A stretch of 64,000 nt of DNA from Octopus vulgaris (Eukaryota), in assembly GCA_951406725.2 (NCBI GenBank), contig OX597821.1, positions 118,420,001-118,484,000 on the forward strand, in the 5' to 3' direction. The position numbers and the translations under genes were made by a program. Below the pieces are notes generated by a model. It saw only the letters and a list, made by a program, of their open reading frames with translations, had not been told where the DNA came from and did no database searches. Position 1 is the first letter of the stretch. Each line of letters begins with the position of its first letter. Positions 12,076 to 24,107 of the stretch are shown piece after piece.

Positions 12076-12221
12076 TAGAAAATGAAAAAAATATTTTCCA
12101 ATATTCTGTATTTTATATAATGTTTCGTTATCGAATCTTTGAATTAATTCATGAGATATTATTGAAAAATTAAAACCGTTGATATCTATCGAAGCACAAT
12201 GTACCTTCATTTGAAACCGTA

Positions 12222-13511
12222 CGATGGGCGTTCAATAAGTAATGCTTCTGACCCCCTTGCAGTTGTTTGATCTAGCTGAAATTTTGCATGTGCAATTATT
12301 TATATCTCTATAGATGAAGTAGCAAATTACAGCTCTGAACTAATTGTGGTTTCCGATTTACAGGTGTTTGAACTGAGTCAAGTGTGAAATGGAGCATGTT
12401 GAGTGTCGAGCAGTGATCCGGTTTTTGTATTTGAAAGGACGCACACCACGGGAGACTTTTGATGAAATGAAAGTAACTTATGGTGATGATGCCCCATCAT
12501 ATGACCTTGTAAAACGCTGGCATCGTGAATTCAAACATGGTCGGAACTCTGTGGAAACAGCTCCCAGATCTGGTCGCCCCCTTCTGCCATTGATGAAGCA
12601 TCTGTCCGTCAAGTTGAGGCTGCCATTTTGGAAGATCGACGCATAACTATTCGCCAAATAGCCCATGATGTCAAGATTAGTACCGGGTCTGTGGAAACTA
12701 TCATTCATGACCATTTGCATATGCAAAAGGTGTCTGCCAGATGAATTCCCAGGCTGCTCACACCTTTCCAGAAGCAAGAACGCGTCGATTGCTCGTGGAT
12801 GAATTTGGAGATGTGCCAAGAAGATGAGTCAAAATTTTTCAAAAGACTGATTGCATAGGATAAAACCTGGGTCCATCACTATGATCCAGAGACCAAATCC
12901 CAGTCAATGCAGTGGAAGCACCGTGACTCACCTCCTCCAAAGAAGGCAAGGGTGCAGCCCTTCGCTGGTAAGGTCATGCTTACAGTCTTCTGGGACCAGG
13001 ACGGAGTAGTGAAGACAGATTTCCTGGCAAAGGGTGCCACAATTACAGGAGTCTATGTGCTTCATTTTTGAGGAAATTAAGAGAAGCTATCAAAATCAAG
13101 AGGCGGGGCAAGATCAGCAAAGGCATCCTCCTCCTGCAGGACAACGCTCCGATCCACAACTCGCTTGTTGCCAGATCAGAAGCACAGGCGTGCGGCTATG
13201 AACTCATCCCCCATCCCCCCTACTCTCCTGACCTTGCACCCTCTGATTTTCATCTCTTCCAGCCATGAAGTTGTTTTTGAAAGGAAAGCGTTTCCCAGAT
13301 GATGCAGCCTTGATTTCTGAAGTCACGTCGTGGTTGGAGGACCAAGCTGGGGTCTTCTACAAAAACGGTCTTCAGAGCTGCATCAAACGACGGGAGAAAT
13401 GCGTAACTCTGAGTGGTTCCTATGTAGAAAAAGACTAATAACTGTTCCAAGTTTCGTTGCTCTACTGCTATGGGAAGTGGGTCAGGGGCATTTCTTATTG
13501 AACGCCCCTCG
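12222..13511 (+). mobile_element. Full-length mariner (DD34D) transposon, transposase disrupted
   Basis: TA on both sides; TIRs CGATGGGCGTTCAATAAG / CTTATTGAACGCCCCTCG; R*IPRLL, DKTWVHHYDP, QDNAP and YSPDLAPSD motifs; frameshifts and a stop. Confidence 0.95.
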
Positions 13512-14804
13512 TATCATAAAATTGTTCATTTCAAGGACATTGTAAATTCACAAGCATTAACAACCAGTAATGTATTGTTCCAAATTTAAACTCCAAAGTA
13601 TTGTAAGCAACGTGCTAAATTTAAATATCTCAATTGCACTTGGTGGTTTTCATGTTCTATTGTTAAATTGCAAAAAAATTTGTACAGCTTGAAATTCCGG
13701 TTCTAAATTATAAATCAGAATTGTGCATAGTCCTTCAACATATAATTAGAAACATAATTAACATATTTAACATATGATTGAAAATATGGTTAACCTGATT
13801 GTAATAAAATTCCGTAAGTAATTTATTTATAGAATAAATAACGAGGGAGAGTATATGTCACGCTTAGGAGAGTGTGAGATGGTAACATGCATCATGGTTT
13901 CACTCTAAGATTTAGGCGTCACCATCGTCATAGGTATTTTCTGGGTTAATCACACATGCTCCAGAGAAACAGCGACATAATGGTAGACGAGGAGTGAGAG
14001 TGAACTGTACAAGGACTCATTTCACCTGCGTAAGATGAAATTATGTAATGAAGGATTCAACACATCAAATGTCAAGGGATCGAAAGAACGATCTTATGAT
14101 GTTCAGATGAACCTACCAGTCACCAAGCCATGCCCCTACATGAGGTTTATGCAGACATGAAAATAATTACTTATAAAATACATTTGCTTCTCTATCACTC
14201 AGCATCTCTTTTTATATCTGTGCCTATACGTGTTCCTTTATCATCTCGAATGTACTCACAAGTGCTCAGTATGCGTGTTGATACGCACTGTGTGTTGTAT
14301 TTCAATTGAGATGGAAACTAGAAAATCAATGGGTGAAGGATAAGTGTAAAAGAATCGTGGTAGCAGAACTAGTAAGATGTAAAGAAGGCAGGAACAGAAA
14401 AATTCGAGAGTGAAATGACAAAATGTCTGACAAACATTGCCTAAACGATCATTTAAAGAGACGAAGAGATGTTTAGGCTAGGCTACAATTCATACAGAAA
14501 GGCACAAAACATCTCAGTATAAGCTAAGTTTCTGTTGGAATTGTTACCTCAAACGTGACTTCAGTATCGTATGTGATTCTTATAATCTTTGAAGCTACAT
14601 CGTATCATAAGTTGCTTCATCGTGTTGATGATAATCGTCTCACACTCGGCCTGGTTGTTCTGATTTACTTTCATCATTGCAAGTGCGTGGATATCCATCG
14701 CCATAAGACTATATAAAATACAGAAGCGATCAAGAAGGGAAATGATAGAGAGAAATCCGTTGGTGATTGGTTTCTAGTAAGAAAAGCTTGTGCAATACAC
14801 TTGC

Positions 14805-14989
14805 TACGTGGAGGTGCTGAAAAGTTTCTGGTTAGACCCCCCCCCCAACATTCTGAGTTATTTTACTGAAGGACCGCTGCAACCAGTGTGTGAAGTTGTG
14901 AGGGGAATATTTTGAATATAATCATAATTAACTGATCTTCCTGTATTTTCTTTTACTGAAAACCAGGAACATTTCAACATCTCCCTGTA
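14805..14989 (+). mobile_element. Mariner-derived MITE
   Basis: Imperfect ~29-bp TIRs starting and ending in TA; interior has a GEYFE-like transposase C-terminus. Confidence 0.65.
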
Positions 14990-15317
14990 TTCGCCCAGAC
15001 ACTATAGTAGGTTCCAGTGACAAGCATTGCAACAGGACTGGCACAATTTTGACTGCAAGCTTTATGTCAGAGAATCTTTCTCATAGAAATGCTTCCTTCT
15101 CCACGGCTTTGTCAATGATAACGGTAGCCTCTTCCACCCCAGTGAAATATAACACTTAGATGTGACCCTGACAGGTATTAACGTTCCAGGTCAGAATGGA
15201 TCGGGGAGAAATAGTAATTAAGGGTGGATTTCATGCCCCACACAGTTTCAGAACTTTCTAACTGGACCTTTAAACTGGATGAAGTTTAATTTCATATCCA
15301 GGAGACGATCCTCTCAC

Positions 15318-15385
15318 GTACATACATACATACATACATACATACATACATACATACATACATACATACATACATACATACATGC
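15318..15385. repeat. (TACA)n microsatellite
   Basis: Direct reading. Confidence 0.95.
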
Positions 15386-15589
15386 ATTCGAAACGACAAG
15401 TCGCGTTTTGGCGTGGGAAGTTATTTATCGAAAATACGATGAATAATATCTCCAACGTTGGAGCCACAGCTATCAGCCTTGTTAAATAACTGGTTAATCT
15501 TCAAATGAATTAACTGAGGGAGCTTTTTATTTACGATCGTTGTGATTTTCGACTGAAACTTGAACTTGCAGAGAGTTACTACAAACAAC

Positions 15590-16076
15590 ATGACTGGACA
15601 TCAACATCAACAACACAATCGAGGAACAGAACGAAAACAAAAGCTCAACGGATAAACAGATTCTTTTTAGCTGTTGTAATAGAAGAAAGCGTAACTACAA
15701 AACTCATTTCTTTTGGAGTTATGAATTGAATACTGATCTGTTTTAACTGCAACGAAAAAGCGAAACAAAACTCCGCTGTTGGCTATATGAATCGATTGAA
15801 ATCATATTGGGACGATCTGCATCCAGAATTAAATCATTTTACCGCGAAGCACCTACGCCAACAAACGACAATTGCAGAACATAGGAAGAAGGTTAGTAAC
15901 TGTTACTTTATGAAAAAATGTGAATGTTATGAGACCATAACGCGGTTTTGCAGCTAGCGACATTCCAACAGATTCTGTAGTGCCTGCCAACCAAACGACA
16001 TTACCAGCTCAAGTAACTGGCCACTGTCCCCCTACTACGGCTATGGTAATTAGGAGGCACAACCGCAATGATTATT

Positions 16077-16132
<56 letters not shown>

Positions 16133-19100
16133 CTAGATTATATGCCAGTGAACGTGCCCTTAAATTTTCCGAGAAAAAATAACTTCGGCTCTGAAGGACT
16201 CTCTCGAGGAGAGAGTATTCTCTACCAAAGTAAGTAAAACACCGCATCAGATACGGTATTTAAAGCTGTTAACGAAATTGGTGATGAGTATTTACAACAG
16301 TGTAATGAACCTACATACTGGCAGATTAATGCCTGTCTGTATGTTCTGTTTACTACAGTAAAGCAGTACATGAATGATATTCAAAAGGTAAACAAAACGG
16401 AAACATAGAAAGTACCATCATTGGTTTTGAAGGAGAAAAAGATAAGTGGTTTACGGAAGACCATCAGTCATGTAATGATGCTTATTGTATGCAAACAAGC
16501 AAATCACTATACGTCCCAACAACAACAGAAAGTAAAGAAGGTGATGGAAATGATTTTTGGGGACAGTAAAATGAGAATACTCACTTGAAAACTGATTACC
16601 CTCAAGTAGGAGCTAAAAGCTGTCAATGAAAAAATCCGACATCAGAAGAGAATAACCGAGAGACCAACAATAAACAAAACATTTAACCGCAACCAGACAG
16701 CAGTTTACAGAGACATTTGAAGAGGAGCAGTAAACATCATGAAAGCTCCTTCACGAGAAGGCACATACTCCTTCTGGAGGAAAATCTGGAGTGAAGCGGA
16801 GGAGTTTAACCAAGATACTCTGTGGCTGGAAGAAATCTGAAAAAGTTATTGCTCCTGCGTAACATCCAAGACATAGAAAATTCATGGTGAAACTTACAAT
16901 TCTGATCCAGAAACTCCAGGATGGAAAAGCTCCCTTGAAGACAGTTGATTTTTGGATACTTGTACAAGCAGCTAACACTCTACAACCATATCTTATCAAT
17001 CTGTACCAGCAAGCCTTCATGGGGAACAGTAGCATACCACACTGGTTAGCTTTGGTAGAGACAAAATTGATCCCCAAATGCAGAACCACCCACATGGCAA
17101 AAAAAAACTACCGGCCAATTGAATGCCAGAACTTAATGTATAAAATATATACTGCATGTTTAAACCTCTTCTTCCAGGACCATTATAAGACCAATAGCAT
17201 TATCACAGCAGAACAAGCAGCTGGGAAGAAGGGAGTCTGGGATGTGGCGCACAATTGTTAATCAATTGTTAATAAATTGTGATGTCAGAGGTGCGAGAGC
17301 ATAGGAGGAACCTAGTTTCAATGTGGCTAGACTATAAGAAAGCCTTTGACTCTGTTCCCCACTCATGGATGCTAGAAGCTTTTTAACTTGCTAAAGTTTC
17401 TCTGCCACCACCTTGAAATTACACACAGAGTGACTGTATTATCACCGTTAGAAAACAGTAGCTCAAAGGCATATTCCAAGGAGACAGATCCTCTATGATG
17501 TTGTTTATAAATTCTGTAAACCCTTTATCATTCATGTTAAGAAAGTCTGAAGGATATCTCATTGGATCACAAGGAAACAGAAATACCAAAATTACACACT
17601 GTTTCTTTGTGGATGACTTGAAACTTCATGCAAAGAATATATATGAGATGAAAAAAAGCCTTGACCTAGTTACAATATACGCAAAATATGTAGGGCTAGA
17701 GTTTGGTCAGAATAAATGTTATATGGTTGTGAAAAGGGGGCAAACTGTACACTAGACTGGTAACATCTCTATTAAGGATTTGACTGTTTCTCCCGTATCT
17801 GACGACGAATGTTACAGTATCAGGGGGTGAATGAAAATATATCCTACAGTGACACCTGTCACTAAAGAATATTACAGCCGAGTAAAGAAACTTTGGGCCT
17901 CAGATCTCACTGCATTCAATAAAACAGTGGCCCACAATGTGCTTTCAGTGCCACTACTCATACCAACATTTGGGCTACTTGATTGGACGCTTGATGAGAT
18001 CTGAGCCATTGACGTGAAAATCCGAAAAATACTAACAAGCATACATAATTTACTCATAAACTGACGTAGACCGCATCCACCTAAAATGAAAACAGGGTGG
18101 CAGAAGTTTAACATCGATCCCAAATGCCTTTTAAATGTCGCATCATATCCCTTCGGCAACATATTTTAACTACGAAATGACGAGTGCATCCTTTGACGAA
18201 GATTACATACATGAGGCTGATAATATCATAAGATTACTATCTCCCACTTTGAAGGGTATGCGTTTGAAATCCAGCAATAGGAAATATCAACCAAGCACCT
18301 GATGCACAAAAGAGATAGAGATGCAGGAAAAGCTGTAAAATGTGTCAATCGATGCAGGCTTTGTGGAATTCACAAGGAAGATATCGCCCATATCATTAAC
18401 AGTTGTCCGAAAATGTCATCATGCTGCTGTAGCTAGGACGTTCTATAATGAAATCTGTCGGAAGGATGATCTCGAGGACAAAGAAATAAGAACCCACAAT
18501 GTGATAAAATCCATAGCCATTCATAATAAAAAGGAATACAGGTTGAATACACCAGTGAAGAGCTCAATAAAATGTAAGCACAACAGACCTGATATAATTA
18601 TTTGGGATAGAGAAGATATCTGCGTACAGTTGTAGAAATTAGCTGCCCGGCTGATGTTAACATAAAGCTGAAGATCAGTGGAAAAGTGAACACCTATGCT
18701 GAACTATTGAGAATCGTGCAGTTACTCTATCCAGATCACAAGTTCAGGTTTAAGTCAGTAATCATTGGGGCCCTTGGATATGTATCACAGTACCTATACA
18801 CCGATCTTGAGAATTTAGGCTTCTCAAAACCAGAAAGGGGAAAGCTATGATCCAGACTATCACTGGAGCTGTAAAAATCTGTAAAACTTAACAGAAGTTT
18901 ATCATTATATATTAGCATGTCTAGATATGTAACTATATGAATGAGAATATATACAAAAAGCATATAAATCTGTACATACATAGATACATAGATACATACA
19001 TAAATAAATACATACACACATACACAAACGCATGCATACATGCATCCATACGAAAATACAGTTCTTGATGTTGAAATCTCAATGAAGGAACCTTAGATCT

Positions 19101-19150
19101 AGGTTAGAAACAGGTTCTTTCAATATTGGCAAGAAATCTTGAAATAAGCT
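15590..19150 (+). mobile_element. Degenerate near full-length R4/Dong-type (RLE) non-LTR retrotransposon
   Basis: YRPI.CQN.MYK, WLDYKKAFDSVPH, FQGD, FFVDDLKL, CRLC...HI..SC knuckle and RPDIIIWD restriction-like endonuclease motifs; many stops. Confidence 0.88.
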
Positions 19151-19439
19151 GAATAATGGCATGCATACATGCATGCATACATACATATATCCACACACAT
19201 ATATAGCTATCAAAGATTTATATATGAATACATCCACACATGCATATATATATATATATATATATAGTGGTATATACAACTAATCCCATTGTAAGTAAAA
19301 TAAATATTTATGTATCATGCTTGATGTAAATAGATTTTTATAGACTCATGAATTATGGTATTCTTGCGAAGATATCACCTAAGGACGTGATTTGTATAAT
19401 GATGTGATACGTATAAAGATGTGTGTGTGTGTGTATATA

Positions 19440-19866
19440 CACCACACATCAAAACACAACACACCACCACGCACACATCAGGACTGACCACTTCCCAGTC
19501 CCACATTTTCGCACCTACACATACACATACGCACACATCAAGATCACCAGCCTTCTTCAACATGCACATACAAACTCTTATACCGACGCACGCGCACCTT
19601 CGTTTTGAGATCACCTCTACTTTATCATCTCCCCTTCTCTCTCGCTCTCCTGTGTGACCCTTCTGTCCGGCATTCGGCATGATTGATCGCAAGCCACTAC
19701 ACATGCTTTCTTTTATCTCCTTGTTTCTTTCTGTGTTCCTTTCTATGGAAGTGCGTAGGCTCGAAACGTTAAAGACTTTTTCACTTCCCGAGTGTTATAC
19801 TAATACATCTGTTTGTTGTCTACACCACCTGTCTTTGTCTTTTGTTTTTTTGTGAATCCCTCCTGT
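19440..19866 (+). repeat. Interspersed repeat resembling a Penelope-type terminal repeat
   Basis: GC-richer tract with GGCTCGAAACGTTAAAGAC, ending in a pyrimidine tract before (TA)n; family call from pattern recognition only. Confidence 0.4.
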
Positions 19867-19873
19867 ATATATA

Positions 19874-21200
19874 TCTATCTTTATATATATAAAACTGAGA
19901 ATGTGTGTCTGTCTGTCTGTCTATCTGTGTGTTTCCCTAAAACTTGAGAACTGCACAACTGATTTCATTCAAATTTTACACATGCCTTACGTAGGGTCCG
20001 GGGAGTGTCACCGGCAAAAAATGTTTAACTTTTTGCCTAGAGCGAGCCCACAGCAATATCATATCTTCTCCACTACGATTCCCTAAAACTTGAGAACTAC
20101 ACAACCAATTTCATTCAAATTTTACACATGCCTTACTTAGGGTCCATGTAGTATCATGGGCAATAAAAATGTTCAGCTTCCTGCCTAGAGCGAGTCCATA
20201 GCAATATCATACCTTCTCCACTATTTCAGTATTACTTGTTAAAAGTGAAACAAAACATTTCTATATTTTATGTCAGATACTTTCACTTTAACAATAAAAA
20301 TAATAATAACAATTGAATTATATGTAGTAAGTAATAATTAAAATCAAACTAAAGTATAATATAATCGTAACATAACAAAAGTAAAAATAGCAATTGGTAT
20401 AAAATTGCATCAATGACTTGAACTTGAATAAGTGGTTTAACATGAATGGGAATAAATTAAAAATAAAATTAGCGTGCAGAAATGAAATAGTCCAGATGGA
20501 TAATAAAAAATTAAATTAAAGAAAAGACTATTGTCTATAAAGTATACAATGTAGAGAAAAAAGAAGATTTGAACACATGGAGGAAAGCACCTTCGAAAAG
20601 TGTCTTGGTGCGACTATGAAAGATATCTAATCAGAGGCGGTAAATTTGCCACAATTGAAGCAAGGGTCGAGTCAACGGAGTACTCGACGAAGGGTCTTTA
20701 ATACTAGTATATATATAAAACTGAGAATGTGTGTCTGTCTGTCTGTCTGTGTGTTTCCCTAAAACCCGAGAACTACACAAACAATTTCATTCAAATTTTA
20801 CACATGCCTTACTGAGGGTCCGGGGAGTGTCATCGGCAAAAAAGACTTTAACTTTTTGCCTAGGGCGAGCCCACAGCAATATCATATCTTCTCCACTACA
20901 ATTCCCTAAAACTTGAGAACTACACAACCAATTTCATTCAAATTTTACACATGCTTTACTTAGGGTCCATGTAGTTTCATGGGCAAAAACAAATGTTCAA
21001 CTTCTTGCCTAGGGCGAGCCCATAGCAATATCATATCTTCTCCACTATTTCAGTATTACGTGTTAAAAATGAAACAAAAACATTTCTCTATTTTATGTCA
21101 GATATTTCACTTTAACAATAAAAATTAGAGATGATAATAACAATTGAGCTATATGTAGTAAGTAATAATTAAAACCAAACTAAAGTATAATATAATAATT
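19874..21200 (+). mobile_element. Two tandem non-autonomous Helitron units (19874-20707 complete; 20708-~21200 truncated)
   Basis: 5' TC..ATATATAAAA then (GTCT)n; 3' hairpin GTCGAGT/ACTCGAC (20666-20688) then CTAG|T at 20704-20708; internal ~145-bp subrepeats. Confidence 0.75.
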
Positions 21201-21644
21201 AAGTGGCAAATGAGTACATTTAATGCATTTCGGTTTCGCTGAGTATCTTCAATTGGTTGTCCTTAGAACTATCATGCTTAGACGAAATTTATCACCACCG
21301 ATTTACAAGAATAGAGAATAAAGAATCAATGATCTTGCGAGTAGCGGTCCAACTGACTAAAAGTTCGTTACATGCAACAGAACCAGTTTTAGATTAGAAT
21401 AGCTATTTATGTGACATTTTCGACCTAAGCGCTGCAGGACAGACAAATTTATTGTAGTATTCGTCCGGAGATAATATCTCTTATATATTGTGTATATCGT
21501 GTTTAAAAGTACAATATACATTCGTACCATCAATGATTGTTCATTCACAGTTTATTTATTTTACACTATTACAAGTATGCAGGTATGTATATGTGTATGT
21601 ATGTGTGTGTATAAGTATATGTGCGTGTGTGTGTGTAAATTGTT

Positions 21645-23930
21645 TTCCTTCAATATAACCCCTCATGCTTCATCGAATACTTTTGTCTTTTATGGAACCA
21701 ATTTAGTTCATGTAATCTTTTTCCCTGTAATGTGGACTGTATAACTACGGTGCAGATGCGTTTTATCATGTTAAAGGGAATGTTCCTTTTGCTATGTGAG
21801 GGGCGTGCTGCTTCGAAATTTAAATATTGATGTGTGTCTGCTGGTTTGTAAAATAGGTCTGTTTCGATATTTTCCATTTCTTGAATGATAAGGATATCCA
21901 GAAATGATACTTCCTTTCTGCTACATTCCATGGTGATTTGTATTTCTTCAGGAAGCTTATTTATGATGGAGCAGAATCTTTGCTGGTCCTCTTGGTTTCT
22001 ATCCGAGAAGATGACGTTTCCAGTCTAGATAACGTTTCCAGTTGTTATTTATGTAGGTGGCGAAGTCGTGACTGAACGTTTCCTGCAGTTGGGAATATAG
22101 TTTTGTCTCTAGGTTTCCCATAATAAGTGTTGCATATGTTGGGGATTCTTTGGTGCCCATGGTTGTTTCTTTTATTTGTAAATATAGCTCGTTATGAAAT
22201 AGGAAGTGCTTCTTCCCCAATGTTAATTTGAGCCCTTCCAAAATAAAGTCTTTCGGGAATCTCTCTTAAATGGAAGCTGGATGTTTTATAATCCAGATGT
22301 CAACAGCTTCAATTCCTAAATCGTGTGGGATGTTAGTATATAAGCTTGTTACATCAAAGCTGACTAAGATTGTATCTTGGTGTACTCTCTGGCGGATATA
22401 ATTCAGGAATTCCATATCATCTCTGATGTAGCTCGGCACTTTTTTTATATTGGGGTTTCAAAAGGATGTCTAATAACTTACTTAGACATTGCATGCTGGT
22501 CCAGCAACAACTAGGCGTAATTTAAAATCTGTCGCTTTTGGTACTTCAACGTTTTGCCATTTATGTTGTTTTGGATTTCTTTGGATTTGTGAACTTTCGG
22601 TAATCCATAAAAATTGCTGGTTTTCATTTCAAAGTTAGTTTTAGTGTGAAGTTATTTTGGCGCTTTTCGTCAGTTTACCTACTTTAATCATTGAATTTTT
22701 TCTCGCATTTGTTGATTTTCCTGTAAAATACTTTGTCATTCAACTGTTCTAGGATCATATCTTTGTAGTGCTTTTTGGCCATGATGGTGATTGCTCCACT
22801 CTGGTCAGCTTCTTTTATAATTATTTAGGAGTCGTTTTGTCGTTTGCTTAGTGCTAGCAGTTGGTGTGTAGTGATGTTACATTTGTGTTTCGTCTCTACA
22901 ATGTTATACTGCATTGATCGTTGTAGGCAGGTTATGTATTCTTCCAGGTGTATGTTTCTATTTAGTGGTGGATTTAAGTTCTTTTTGTTTTCACTACTGA
23001 TTCCTCGTCATATTCTACACCCTGGAAAAATTCTTCTAGAAGTAATTTGCGACAAATATCTTCTCTGTCCTTTATAAAATCGGCTCGATCTGCTTTCGGG
23101 GTGGGTGTGAACTTCAGTTCGTTTTCTAATAGTTTGATTTCCTGTTGTGTTCATTTCGTGGCCGATATGTTGATTATTTTTGGTGTCTGTAGTTTTTGTT
23201 CGTCAAGGGTGGTGTTTTCTTTTTTTTTCTTTCATTTGCTGGAGACACCTTGTCCTAAAAATGAATTCCCGTTTGGGATAGGGGTGTTTCTGTTGTGGTG
23301 AAATATTCTGTTCACTGGCATTTCATGTTGATAATTTTCTGTGTGGTAGAATTTTGTTTGGTGGTTAATATGTGAAGGGTTTGGTCCTGTTGTTCCGTTC
23401 GTTCTTTTCATATCTTTGATTTTGTCTATGGTAATTTTTCTTGGGGCTTTGACAGTAGTTGTAGCTGATTCTAGTGTTTAGTATTTGATCTGTGTATAAT
23501 TGTGTGTTTGAGAGTCTCCGATATTCTGGTTGAAGTTTGTTTGTTGCGTGAGATTTTTTTCATTTCATGTGTTTTTGAATTTTCTCAAGTTTGAGAGCTT
23601 ATGGATTTCTTTTTCTGGGTTTTATTTGTTTTTGTTTCCATAGATCTTTTTCTATTCTTGTAGTTAATGTGTGCTTGACGCCAAGATTTTCTTTGATTTT
23701 AATCCCTCTCTGGTTGTATCGGTCTTCCATAGGTCAAAGATTCTATCTCTCACGTTGTCACTGCTTCTTTTTTCTATTTCTTCTCGAATGGTGTTATCGT
23801 ACTTTGAATAGTTGACCTTTTGTCAGAAATCTAATGACCAGTTGTTTTTCAAAATTATTTCTGTTTTAAGTGTGTGTCTGGTTTAGTGGTGTTAATGGAG
23901 TAAGATACATGACTTTTTATTAAAATGTTT
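21645..23930 (-). mobile_element. Degenerate Penelope-like retroelement (N-terminal region and RT)
   Basis: LVSFDVTSLYTNIP, MGTK.SP.YA.L.MG, WKRYLD, FLDILI, ETDLFYKP and NIPFN..KRICT motifs; colinear with 55268-58200. Confidence 0.9.
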
Positions 23931-24107
23931 GTTCAAAGAAGTGTTATTTATGTATATGCTTTTTGGGTTTGGGAGGAGAGGTGGGAAAGATCATGCTAGC
24001 TTAAATATTTACTTCCTTACATATAATAAGCAAAAAGTATATATACATTTCTCCTCACCTTCTCTTTCTATATATATAGATATGTATATGCACATATATA
24101 TATGGAT

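Noticed and set aside
19078-19122. ATGAAGG-AACCT..AGGTT-AGAAACAGGTT hairpin after the R4/Dong ORF
   Set aside because: Several core mismatches and no stem I.
19740-19780. Hammerhead-like GGCTCGAAACGTTA
   Set aside because: No CUGANGA or UUGANAA core upstream in this copy.
19935-21050. Regularly spaced repeats suggesting a CRISPR array
   Set aside because: Whole units repeat with no unique spacers; eukaryotic Helitron subrepeats; no cas genes.
21215-21258. Minus-strand TTGAAGA...GAAA-TGCA-TT
   Set aside because: Stems I and II do not pair convincingly.
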